64,000 nucleotides of DNA from positions 72,667 to 136,666 of the forward strand of contig JAWBQR010000003.1 in NCBI GenBank assembly GCA_038845265.1, given 5' to 3'. The notes under the pieces are model-generated. The model was not told the origin of the DNA. It saw only the letters and a program-made list of their open reading frames with translations, and ran no database searches. Source of the stretch: Nitrososphaerota archaeon. GTDB lineage: Archaea; Thermoproteota; Nitrososphaeria_A; Caldarchaeales; Calditenuaceae. Position numbers and translations under genes: made by a program. Shown here piece by piece: positions 18,806-27,929 of the stretch; the stretch's first letter is position 1, and every line of letters begins with the position of its first letter.

Positions 18806-19408
18806 ATGTTGTTAGAGAAACTTGTTCGTCGCATCAGGTTGATAATGAGTCTGACGGAAACAAGTGGAATAGCTAGACGTTACTTTGCACTTAATGCTTT
18901 CGATGGCGCGCTGATCGGACTGGGCGCAATCTTTGGTTTTTATATTTCGGGGATGTATGACTACAGAGTAGTCCTTTTGACAATAATGGCGATAGCTGTT
19001 GGGTCGGCAATCTCTGGTTTTTCCGGTGCCTTTATATCAGAAAAACTTGAGCAAGAGGCTAGGGTAAAGCGACTTGAGGAGGCCATTCTTACTAATCTTA
19101 AGGATAGCATTCATTACCAAGCAAGTTTAACAAGTTCTATTATAGTTTCCATAATTAATGGTGTTAGTTCATTGATTTCTATTTTTAGTGTCTCTGCTCC
19201 ATATGTTATTTGTATCTACTTATCACTAAGTGAGGTTGTTGGAATATTAAGCTCCATAACGGCATTTTTTGCCGTGCTAACCATATTGGGATATTTTTTC
19301 GGAAGAGAACTGAAGATAAGGACGATAAGTGTTGTTTCAAGAATTTTATTAGTTGGAATAGTAGCAATAGTTATTTACTTTTTAATTGAGTTAGTATTTC
19401 GGCTTTAG
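18806..19408 (+). CDS. VIT1/CCC1-like family membrane protein (putative metal transporter)
   Basis: …YFALNAFDGALIGLGAIFG… resembles the GANDGLVS block. About 4-5 TM, 200 aa. Confidence 0.45.
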   Translation: MLLEKLVRRIRLIMSLTETSGIARRYFALNAFDGALIGLGAIFGFYISGMYDYRVVLLTIMAIAVGSAISGFSGAFISEKLEQEARVKRLEEAILTNLKDSIHYQASLTSSIIVSIINGVSSLISIFSVSAPYVICIYLSLSEVVGILSSITAFFAVLTILGYFFGRELKIRTISVVSRILLVGIVAIVIYFLIELVFRL

Positions 19409-20422
19409 GCTCAATAATTCTTCTGGCCGATGTATTCCCACTTCCGTTATTATTCTTGTAATGAGTTCGGGTGGAGTTATGTCGAATGCATAATTTATAG
19501 CTCTTGCCTTTCGTGGTGTTATTCTTTTTCCAGCAAAATATAAAACTTCATTTGGATTACGTTCTTCTATGATGACCTCATCTATGGTTTTATCAAAATC
19601 TATTGTACTTGTTGGGGCTGCTACGTAGAGTGGGATTTTGTAGTAGTTAGCGGATATTGCTAATTCTAATGTACCTACCTTGTTTATAACGTGTCCTGTC
19701 TTAGCAATAATTCTGTCTGCTCCTACGACTATGCAGTTCACAAGGCCTCTACTCATAAGAAATGGCGCCATGTTATCTGTTATGACCCTATATTCTATTT
19801 TGGCGGTTTCTAGCTCATATGCAGTCAGACGCGCACCCTGCAGCTTAGGCCTAGTCTCCGGCACGATGACTGATATTTTCTTTCCCATCTCTACTGCTGC
19901 TTTTATCACGCCCAATGCTGTCCCGTACCCAGCAGTTGCTAGAGCACCTGCATTGCAGTAGGTCATGACCACCCCCCTATCAGGTAAAAGCCTAGCCCCG
20001 TTCTGACCAATTTTTCGATTCATCTCAACATCCTCCATAGATATTTTTTCCGCCTCCAACAATACTGTTTTAGCTACATCATCGTTCTTTATCCATGCTG
20101 ATTCCGCGGCTTTGAGCACTCTATCAATGGCCCAATATAGATTAACCGCTGTGGGTCTTGTCTTTCTTAAAATATTCGCTGCCTTTTGGAGTGATTTGAG
20201 TACGTCTTTCTTATTTTTTCTAGCATGGACTGCTGCAAGGGCTAATCCATATGCAGCGGCTACTCCAATCGCTGGAGCACCTCTCACCGTCATGTCTCTT
20301 ATGGCCTTTGCGACTTCAAGATAATTTTTACATCTCACATATCTCAGCTTATGCGGAAGTACCTTTTGATCTATTAGGTATAGTGAGTTATTCCGCCAGT
20401 ATAAGGTTCTTAGCTCTCTCAA
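19391..20422 (-). CDS. eIF-2B alpha/beta/delta-like isomerase (ribose-1,5-bisphosphate or methylthioribose-1-phosphate isomerase family)
   Basis: 343 aa, …MTVRGAPAIGVAAAYGLALAA…, …TYCNAGALATAGYGTALGVI…, …VGADRI…. Confidence 0.8.
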   Translation of the reverse strand: MRELRTLYWRNNSLYLIDQKVLPHKLRYVRCKNYLEVAKAIRDMTVRGAPAIGVAAAYGLALAAVHARKNKKDVLKSLQKAANILRKTRPTAVNLYWAIDRVLKAAESAWIKNDDVAKTVLLEAEKISMEDVEMNRKIGQNGARLLPDRGVVMTYCNAGALATAGYGTALGVIKAAVEMGKKISVIVPETRPKLQGARLTAYELETAKIEYRVITDNMAPFLMSRGLVNCIVVGADRIIAKTGHVINKVGTLELAISANYYKIPLYVAAPTSTIDFDKTIDEVIIEERNPNEVLYFAGKRITPRKARAINYAFDITPPELITRIITEVGIHRPEELLSLKPKY

Positions 20423-20454
20423 TTCAATTATGTGTTTAATGAGCGAAATTTAAG

Positions 20455-21432
20455 CTATAGCCCGTACTCGCTAAGGATGTCTGATACACATATTGCTTTC
20501 TTTGTATTTATTGATTGGAGGATGGCCTCCGCCACAGCCGTGGCCCTAGCACCTTCTAGACACCCCGGAGATAAATCCTCGTTTTTTCTTAAAGAGGCTA
20601 CAAAATATTTCAACTCGTTTTTTAGAGGTTCTGAGTTTGGCGTCATTGGCATATAAGTTCCCTCCGATTTTTCTATGACTACCTCTCGACTTAGAAATTC
20701 TAAGTGAATTACACCTTCGGTCCCCGTGATTCGGAGGTCTCTTTTTTTCCGTGGCGTCAGCCAGTTAGCCTCAATGATGGCAGATCTCTCCTCCTTAAAG
20801 GTGATTAATGCCTGTATATAGTCTTCGTTAGAATGTCTCAGAGAGCCTCCAGCAGCGTATACAAAGATGGGCTGAGGACCGAAAAAATACATCGATAAGT
20901 CGATATCATGTATTGATGTATCCTTTAATACTCCAATATCACCAATTCTCTCTGGCCATGGGCCGATTCTCCGTCCATAGATAAGTAGTGGTCTTCCAAT
21001 TATACCACTCTCTAAAGAATCTTTTGCGACCTCCACTGCAGGATTAAATCTCTCTATAAATCCAACCATAAGACGCCTACCAGACGATTTAACAGCATCG
21101 ATGACTCTGATTGATTCATTAAGCGAGGATGCCATCGGCTTCTCCACAAATACGTCCTTACCCATCAACAGTGCATTAATGCTGATCTCGGCATGGGTGT
21201 TGGAAGGGGTACAAATTGTCACCGCGTCTACATCATCGCTCCGAAGGATGTCAAGATAGTTCTGAAATATTTTTGACACACCATATCTCTTAGCAATGTT
21301 TTTTGCACGTTCAAGATTTATATCGCACACCGCAGTCAAAGTAGCTCCCTCAAGCTCGGAAATTACCCTCGCATGATTAGCGCCCCAAAAACCTGTCCCA
21401 ATGATGCCTATCCTGATGGGGCCGCTGTCCAT
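20455..21432 (-). CDS. Gfo/Idh/MocA-family NAD(P)-dependent oxidoreductase
   Basis: N-terminal Rossmann IRIGIIGTGFWGANHA…, …EKPMA…, 325 aa. Confidence 0.8.
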   Translation of the reverse strand: MDSGPIRIGIIGTGFWGANHARVISELEGATLTAVCDINLERAKNIAKRYGVSKIFQNYLDILRSDDVDAVTICTPSNTHAEISINALLMGKDVFVEKPMASSLNESIRVIDAVKSSGRRLMVGFIERFNPAVEVAKDSLESGIIGRPLLIYGRRIGPWPERIGDIGVLKDTSIHDIDLSMYFFGPQPIFVYAAGGSLRHSNEDYIQALITFKEERSAIIEANWLTPRKKRDLRITGTEGVIHLEFLSREVVIEKSEGTYMPMTPNSEPLKNELKYFVASLRKNEDLSPGCLEGARATAVAEAILQSINTKKAICVSDILSEYGL

Positions 21433-21435
21433 TTT

Positions 21436-22560
21436 TTACTCACCAACTCCTACGTAGTCGCAGAGATTAATCACTACGACGCTCTTCCCCATAATAGACT
21501 TTACAGTATTTGCTACATATTTATTCCTAGTCGTTAATAAGACCACATCACATTTACCAGCATATGTCTTTATTCTTTCTTCAAACACCTCGGGCTTTGA
21601 CCTTTGAAGTTGATGAATCACAAACTTCCTTGAAGAGAGCTCGCTCAATATTTTCAATCCATCCCCGACCACGAGTATTCTAAGCCTCTCCCTGCCTTTT
21701 CTAAGCCCATCCAGCAAATTTATGAGGTCCATCTCAGCCATCCTTGACATTCTATGAAGAGTCCGCATGATGCCTTTTCCCATCAAGAAATTTGACTCAA
21801 CACTATCAATTATTTTGAGAACTGGATGCCCACGCCTCGCTATAAAAGAAAGCCTAACACCCCTACCAAGAAGACCCTTCAAGACTGCCTTAGGTGAGAC
21901 CGATAATCTCCTAGTCAATAGGAGACTCTCGACTGTAGAAATTTCTATAGATAATTTCCTAATAAGTAGACTAATTGACGCGATCTCAGCCTCCAAGAGA
22001 CTTAGACCGGAGACTATTCGTTTTCCATCAACAATAGCCCTTACAATCTGAGCAGAACCCTTTGTTAGCCTCCCACCGACCGGTATACGGCCATCCAGCA
22101 GCAACGGCAATGGAAGATAAAGGAGAGTCCCGCCAGACGATGCGTCAAGATCAACCTCTCTCGTGACGAATTTAAAGAGTCTATCCATGAAGCCGGGAAA
22201 AGTAAGCCCAGTAACTATAATGGTCCCCCCTCTATGAAAATTCTTTGCAACACTTTGGACCAGTCTTAACACGTCCATGTCTTTAAGATCGTTTCTCAAC
22301 CCAGCCACGTATGAAATCAATAATGTCCCAGTTGTCCCAGCATCAATGTATCTGTTTGACTGTCTAAGTCTATTGCTATTTATTGAGTCCGCGATAAGCC
22401 TCACATAAGCAGGACTCAAGCATCTTTCCGCTAGACGCGTTATTCTATATTCTCCACCTATAGAGTAGTACGTAACAGTGAAATCTTTCTTCAATAGCTT
22501 TATGGTTGGATATATCCCAGCACCATCAATATCTAATACCTCGACCACTCTTCTCTTCAT
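21436..22560 (-). CDS. Hypothetical protein (~375 aa) inside the glycosylation cluster. C-terminus Rossmann-like
   Basis: No family recognised. I start at the internal M (MKRRVVEVLDIDG…), which gives a 4-nt overlap with the upstream small ORF. Confidence 0.4.
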   Translation of the reverse strand: MKRRVVEVLDIDGAGIYPTIKLLKKDFTVTYYSIGGEYRITRLAERCLSPAYVRLIADSINSNRLRQSNRYIDAGTTGTLLISYVAGLRNDLKDMDVLRLVQSVAKNFHRGGTIIVTGLTFPGFMDRLFKFVTREVDLDASSGGTLLYLPLPLLLDGRIPVGGRLTKGSAQIVRAIVDGKRIVSGLSLLEAEIASISLLIRKLSIEISTVESLLLTRRLSVSPKAVLKGLLGRGVRLSFIARRGHPVLKIIDSVESNFLMGKGIMRTLHRMSRMAEMDLINLLDGLRKGRERLRILVVGDGLKILSELSSRKFVIHQLQRSKPEVFEERIKTYAGKCDVVLLTTRNKYVANTVKSIMGKSVVVINLCDYVGVGE

Positions 22561-22793
22561 TTCTCTCTCCTCGTTAAAACTCTGTAAAACCAGTAGTAAG
22601 CGAGCGCAGCCCACCAGGCAAGCCATAATCCAAACAGCAACAGCGATGCAGCGACCCTCATTATGCTTGCCATTAGGTTTTCATAGACACCGCTAATTAT
22701 TGGAAGAACGATAAAGCCGATAACTGCCAAGACAGCGATGAATGAGACCCAAATGATCGATATAAGGAGAATCGTGAAAAAGAGCGTTCTCAA
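22557..22793 (-). CDS. Small 2-TM membrane protein (78 aa)
   Basis: Two clear hydrophobic helices and a basic C-terminus. Translationally coupled to the downstream gene. Confidence 0.45.
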   Translation of the reverse strand: MRTLFFTILLISIIWVSFIAVLAVIGFIVLPIISGVYENLMASIMRVAASLLLFGLWLAWWAALAYYWFYRVLTRREK

Positions 22794-22797
22794 AGAG

Positions 22798-23781
22798 TCA
22801 AACCACCTGGTCGATGAACTGAGTCAAGACGGCAAGTATCGAGGAGTATAAGCAGACTATTCCCATGTAGATGGCGATCTGAACCTCGCTTCTAGGCCTA
22901 TCAGCTGCAAGCATTCTGACTAATGTGAGAGGAGCGGCTGGGCTTAGATTTGACAATATTAAGTTGCCTGAGACCTTAATAGGTCTAGTAATGACTTGTT
23001 TACCTGATTTAAGGCCCCTCAATGAGACAAGGACATAAAACTCATTCATTATATGTGGAATTAAGGCAATGATTGCCACTACTTCAAGCCTAGAGGTGAT
23101 AGCGATTCCAGCAATAACCGCTCCTATCAAGTTGCTGCCAGCGTTTCCACTAAATGCCCTCGCAGGGCACCAGTTGTATTTCAGGAAACCCAGCATAGAG
23201 GCGACAAGAATCATTGCCATCAATGAGACATCTGTTTTATTATTCATTATTGATAGTCCTGCCAACGTTAATAGTGGTGGAAGACTTGTAAGGACAAGTG
23301 ATCCGTTGACGACGTCTAGACTATTAACAGCGTTCGTTACGATTGTATAGGCAACTAACACAAGTAATGGATAGAGTATCGTGATTCTGACCTGTCCTAT
23401 GAACGGAAGGATCGGCCTAGGTTCATAGAGCCCGAGAAACACTATGGGAAGACCCGGCAATATGAGCAATAATGGTTTTAGGATCGGGTTTAGTTCTCTA
23501 AAATCCTCAATTAATCCTATGATTGCAGCTATTGCAGGCGCTATTAAAAAAGGTACGATAAGGTCGTTTCTTGATAATATGAGGAATATTCCTGAAGCTG
23601 CTAGGTAAGTGATTACTATTGCGAGACCCCCTATGCGGGGAACTAAGGGGTGTCCGGGCTTATGCACATCTCTACCCAGTATTCCCCGTGAAAAAGAGAA
23701 CTTGATAATTAATTTAGTTAATAATAGAGATGAGATAAATGAGAGAAGGAATAAGCCCGCGAGTAGTATGATGTTCTCCAT
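22798..23781 (-). CDS. aglH: UDP-GlcNAc:dolichyl-phosphate GlcNAc-1-phosphate transferase (GT4, MraY/WecA/AglH family)
   Basis: …GLIEDF…, …VNSLDVVNG…, …PARAFSGNAGSNLIG… motifs in a 10-TM protein. Confidence 0.8.
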   Translation of the reverse strand: MENIILLAGLFLLSFISSLLLTKLIIKFSFSRGILGRDVHKPGHPLVPRIGGLAIVITYLAASGIFLILSRNDLIVPFLIAPAIAAIIGLIEDFRELNPILKPLLLILPGLPIVFLGLYEPRPILPFIGQVRITILYPLLVLVAYTIVTNAVNSLDVVNGSLVLTSLPPLLTLAGLSIMNNKTDVSLMAMILVASMLGFLKYNWCPARAFSGNAGSNLIGAVIAGIAITSRLEVVAIIALIPHIMNEFYVLVSLRGLKSGKQVITRPIKVSGNLILSNLSPAAPLTLVRMLAADRPRSEVQIAIYMGIVCLYSSILAVLTQFIDQVV

Positions 23782-23880
23782 GCATTATCCCATCTAAGAT
23801 TGGCTTAATATATGGTTAATTCTAATATCTTGATAAGCATTGCGGATGCCATTAATCTTAATGATAGGAGGAGTGAATAA

Positions 23881-24933
23881 ATGGACGTTTGGGTAGACAT
23901 CCTCACACCGAAACAAGTATTGTATTTCTGGCCAGTCGTAGAAAAACTTAGAGACAAGGGCCATGAAGTATTAGTTACCGCACGGAGGTATGAACAGCTT
24001 GACTGGCTGATCAGCAGAATTAATCTGGATATAAAGGTAATAGGCGAGTTTGGAGGAGAGACACTATACGGCAAGCTCCTATCAAGTACTAGGAGACAAC
24101 TCGAACTACTAGAATTATTCAGAGAAGATAAGCCTAGAATTGTATTATCGAGCGGCTCAATAGAAGCCTCCAGGATTTCATATGGATTGGGAGCGCGGCA
24201 TATATTGGCTTCAGACACTGTTCACTCACCAGTGAATAGAATATGTGTTCCACTATCTGAATTAATCCTGACTCCACGCTTTATTCCAATAAAGGAGTGG
24301 CTGAGATATGGTGCAAAAAAAGGAATGATTAAGAGATATAGATCTCTCGATCCAGTCGCATGGATGAAGAGAATAAGTACTTTTCAGGAATCTTATATGG
24401 AAATTGACTTGCCGGAAAATTATATATTGGTAAGGACGCCGGAGAGTAAGGCATCATACATTCTTGGTAAAGGACTAGAGGAGGTAATTAAACTAATTAA
24501 CATTATTACAAAACTTGAAGAATACAGCATAGTAGTGTTGACAAGATACAGAGAAGAAGCTAACCTTATTAGAGAAAAATTGCCCAAAGGCATAATTATA
24601 ATTGAGAAGCCTATATTAGCTATTCCATTAATTAAAAAAGCGAGCCTTGTTTTATCAGGAGGCGGAACAATGACTCAAGAAGCAGCGCTCCTAGGTAAAC
24701 CTACAATAATGTTTTATCCTGGAAAACTTCCAGCCGTGCATAGATTCCTAGCTAGGTTAGGACTAATAAAGAGGATTCCACCAAGCATGCTTCATAGGGT
24801 TCCCTATATTGCTGCTCAACTATTATCCGAAAAATCGAAAAGTAAACTCGCCGCAAAAGCTGAAAAATTAATGAGGACACTCGAAGACCCAGCTGAGTTT
24901 ATTTATCGATATGTTAATTCACTTCTGACATAA
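23881..24933 (+). CDS. DUF354-family protein (predicted glycosyltransferase-like, archaeal)
   Basis: N-terminus MDVWVDILTPKQVLYFWPVVEKLRDKGHEVLVTARRYEQL… matches the DUF354 consensus (MKIWIDI..P.H..FF…GHEV.ITAR). Confidence 0.55.
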   Translation: MDVWVDILTPKQVLYFWPVVEKLRDKGHEVLVTARRYEQLDWLISRINLDIKVIGEFGGETLYGKLLSSTRRQLELLELFREDKPRIVLSSGSIEASRISYGLGARHILASDTVHSPVNRICVPLSELILTPRFIPIKEWLRYGAKKGMIKRYRSLDPVAWMKRISTFQESYMEIDLPENYILVRTPESKASYILGKGLEEVIKLINIITKLEEYSIVVLTRYREEANLIREKLPKGIIIIEKPILAIPLIKKASLVLSGGGTMTQEAALLGKPTIMFYPGKLPAVHRFLARLGLIKRIPPSMLHRVPYIAAQLLSEKSKSKLAAKAEKLMRTLEDPAEFIYRYVNSLLT

Positions 24934-26547
24934 TTCTCTGAGAGTATCCTCTATGCTTAATAACTTGTCATAAGCGTATCTCAAGTCTTTTCTGAATGAA
25001 TCATATATCTTCTTGTAGCTTTGCTGGCTTAATTCACCTTTCTGAAAATCTGTATAATTCCTCAGAATTACTCTCAATGCCTCACTAAGCACACCTAACG
25101 ATGAGTTTATCTCCTTTGTTGTTTCCTGTATCTCGATTGTTTTTTCCTCTAGTTTTTCAATCGAGTTTATAACTTCATCAGCAATTCTGCGCACAACGTG
25201 TACCTTATCAGTCATAACTTGCGGTCTCGTCTTTACAGCCGTGGGGGATAACCCATTCTCGATCTCCAGTAATATTGATCTCAACTTTTGTAATTCTTGT
25301 ATAGCTTTTGAAATTGTCTGTAAATCCTTTTGACTTATTATCTTAGTCCGCGGAAACTTACCGCGGATTACCTGCAATACGATGGCACTTAATATTATGA
25401 CTACAAAGCCTCCGCCTATGATCCAAGAGGCAAGAGAAGCTGAGCTAGACGACTTGACCAATGGAAGAGTGATGTAATTGTTTTGATAGATATTTAGTTC
25501 TCTGCTCTCGATTCTTGCGATAGCTGCTCCAGCCTCGTCGTGATGATATTCAGCAACATTTGCATTTGTCATATCAACTTCGTATCCGGCTGGAAGAATT
25601 ACAGAAATACTCAATGAACCGACTGTTGCATTTATTGGTGTGAAGAGTAATATCTTCACTTCATCGTCATTTATGTACATTGTTTCTGGTGTCTGGCATT
25701 TTGCCAAAATTGTGAATGTGTATCTCCACGAGTTTTGGAGGGCATATCGTGACTGTTCAAGATTGACAGTGAGTATATTTTTTTCTTTGCTCCATGAGTA
25801 GGACAGCTTACCTAGAGTGTCTCTTACTTCCTTTACTTCAATTCCATTGGGAAAATTTAGGTCCAACTGTCTCAGCAAGCTATTAGCTTGGTTCTTTATC
25901 CTCATCGTTATGACTATAATTGATTCTGAAGGCTCATAAGTCATGTCAAGACTTTCAACATGAATTAGAGATATTCCACTCGAGATTAGCCTAATTCTTA
26001 TCGGATCTGGAATCGTATCACCAGAAATCGTGATGTTGTTTTTCTCTAATCCACGATTAGTTAGTGTCCAGTCTGAGGGGGCACCCGGATATCTAACGTA
26101 ACTCGTTGATGAGAAGAGTATATTTGCATGGACAGTCTGTCCCTGAATTAAGGGCTCAGCATTTATGACTAACTCGTAGTTATTTCCTCCCGCATCATAT
26201 ATTAATTCTCTATAAATTGCTGTAATTATCAAATCCGTCGACTTGGGGTTTATCTCATAAATGTATAGTCCCGACGGTGACTTTTCTATGAATTTGCTTT
26301 CCCCGCCATTAACTACGAGTTGAACAAGTCGGTTATGCATCTCTTCAACTATTCCAAACCTAAAGCTATCATCCGCTCCGTGAATCTTATCTACCACATA
26401 TACCAGGCCACCGTTCTCCGGAATGATAGTCCTATCAACCATAAGAACATTTTCCGGCCTAGCAGAGATAGGCATCAAGAAGATTAGCAATACCGCCAAG
26501 ACCACGATGATCGGAATCCTCAATTTCTTATCCAAAGCTATAATCAT
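24919..26547 (-). CDS. Type-I membrane surface protein: signal peptide, ~340-aa ectodomain with many N-x-S/T sequons, one TM, ~150-aa cytoplasmic coiled-coil tail
   Basis: Signal/TM MIIALDKKLRIPIIVVLAVLLIFLMPISA, TM …WIIGGGFVVIILSAIVLQVI…, helical K/E/L-rich C-terminus. Confidence 0.5.
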   Translation of the reverse strand: MIIALDKKLRIPIIVVLAVLLIFLMPISARPENVLMVDRTIIPENGGLVYVVDKIHGADDSFRFGIVEEMHNRLVQLVVNGGESKFIEKSPSGLYIYEINPKSTDLIITAIYRELIYDAGGNNYELVINAEPLIQGQTVHANILFSSTSYVRYPGAPSDWTLTNRGLEKNNITISGDTIPDPIRIRLISSGISLIHVESLDMTYEPSESIIVITMRIKNQANSLLRQLDLNFPNGIEVKEVRDTLGKLSYSWSKEKNILTVNLEQSRYALQNSWRYTFTILAKCQTPETMYINDDEVKILLFTPINATVGSLSISVILPAGYEVDMTNANVAEYHHDEAGAAIARIESRELNIYQNNYITLPLVKSSSSASLASWIIGGGFVVIILSAIVLQVIRGKFPRTKIISQKDLQTISKAIQELQKLRSILLEIENGLSPTAVKTRPQVMTDKVHVVRRIADEVINSIEKLEEKTIEIQETTKEINSSLGVLSEALRVILRNYTDFQKGELSQQSYKKIYDSFRKDLRYAYDKLLSIEDTLRELCQK

Positions 26548-26644
26548 CTAGAATAAAGAGATATTCTATTGTCGTTTAGAAAAGCCTCCTTTCATTATTC
26601 AAAGATATAGGGCGTTGTGATGACCTAAAGAAATGATTTTCATA

Positions 26645-27808
26645 TTAATATGTTTCTGCCAGCCTCTCAATTATCTCGACTCCATATGGATATCTCATTG
26701 CTAATTCCTTCGACATTATTATCTGCCTCTCTATCCTATCAAGCGCCGTCCTTGCGGCTAGGTCCGGCGTCCATCCCTCGCCAACCCCGACAAATTGGTA
26801 TTTATCAGTCTTCAACCGAGCTCTACAATGAATTAAGTGGCGCTCGCCATGTTTCTCCTTATGCTCCTTAAAATGTAGTGTGAGTACACCTTTACCTATA
26901 GTCTTCCTTAGCCTATTTATGAAACGCCTAGACATGAGCGACACTCGTTCTTTTGACGATGTGTCAATGCTTCCCAGCTTATAGATTACTTGGACATCAA
27001 TATCCTCAACAAATTGAGAACCAAGTCTTGCTATCGGCGCCAGTATATCGATCAAAGTTAATATTCCGACTACCTTTCGATCCTCAACGACGACAAGACT
27101 ACTGATATCGTACTGCTCCATTCTATCTAAGGCTCTCTGAACTGGCTCCCATGGATACGCCGTATGAACGGGGACAGTCATAATGTCTCTGACCCTATTA
27201 CTTAACGTTCTTATTTTTTCACCCATCATGTCTCCTATACTTGATTTTTCTCTCGGAAGTATTATCTTAGTAATTAAATCATGAAGAGTTAGAATGCCTC
27301 TAAGCTCACCATTCTCGACTACTGGGAGCCTCGAGACGCCCATATCACGCATAACACTAACAGCCTTTCCTATCGTATCATCCACATTTATGACCACCGG
27401 GTCTCTAGTCATGACCTCTCTCACCTTAATCCCACGGAGAAACCTACTGCAAGAAGACACAACATCTCTGACCGTCAGTATTCCTACCACTTTCTCGTCC
27501 TGTAGTACCGGAATGGCTTTAAGGCTATTTTCAATCATGAGTCTCGCAGCCTTACATACATTATCATCTGGGCTCAGCTTAGGGGGTCTTAAGGCAACCG
27601 AGGCTGCCTTAACGACAAGCGGGTTTAGACGAGGCTTCAGAAGAACCCTCTCAGTAATTATCCCAAAAAATTTCTCTCCCTCAACAACTACTATTAATGG
27701 AGGATGCTCAGTCTCAAAGACACCCTTCGCCCTTGTTAGAGACTCATCGGCAGCTATCGTGACAAATGACGACGACATATAATCCTTAACTAAAGGCAGC
27801 TCTGACAT
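26645..27808 (-). CDS. Four-CBS-domain protein with a C-terminal HPF/RaiA (Ribosomal_S30AE)-like domain
   Basis: CBS pairs cover residues ~5-260. C-terminal …IDVQVIYKLGS…RFINRLRK…GVLTLHF…HLIHCRARL…YQFVGVGEGWTPDLAARTALDRIERQI has the pattern of the HPF beta-alpha-beta-beta-beta-alpha fold. Confidence 0.55.
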   Translation of the reverse strand: MSELPLVKDYMSSSFVTIAADESLTRAKGVFETEHPPLIVVVEGEKFFGIITERVLLKPRLNPLVVKAASVALRPPKLSPDDNVCKAARLMIENSLKAIPVLQDEKVVGILTVRDVVSSCSRFLRGIKVREVMTRDPVVINVDDTIGKAVSVMRDMGVSRLPVVENGELRGILTLHDLITKIILPREKSSIGDMMGEKIRTLSNRVRDIMTVPVHTAYPWEPVQRALDRMEQYDISSLVVVEDRKVVGILTLIDILAPIARLGSQFVEDIDVQVIYKLGSIDTSSKERVSLMSRRFINRLRKTIGKGVLTLHFKEHKEKHGERHLIHCRARLKTDKYQFVGVGEGWTPDLAARTALDRIERQIIMSKELAMRYPYGVEIIERLAETY

Positions 27809-27929
27809 AGTTAGCTCTGATAGTAATAATGCGCGGCGTGAGATTTAAGCTATTTTATTCGAGCCGCCCATCCAATATTCTTATCCGAGTCAACGCTTTA
27901 TACTGGACGATTAAAGAATTAGAGATGAA

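Noticed and set aside
27294-27782. 162-aa plus-strand ORF
   Set aside because: It is antisense to the CBS-domain gene, with serine/threonine-rich low-complexity translation.
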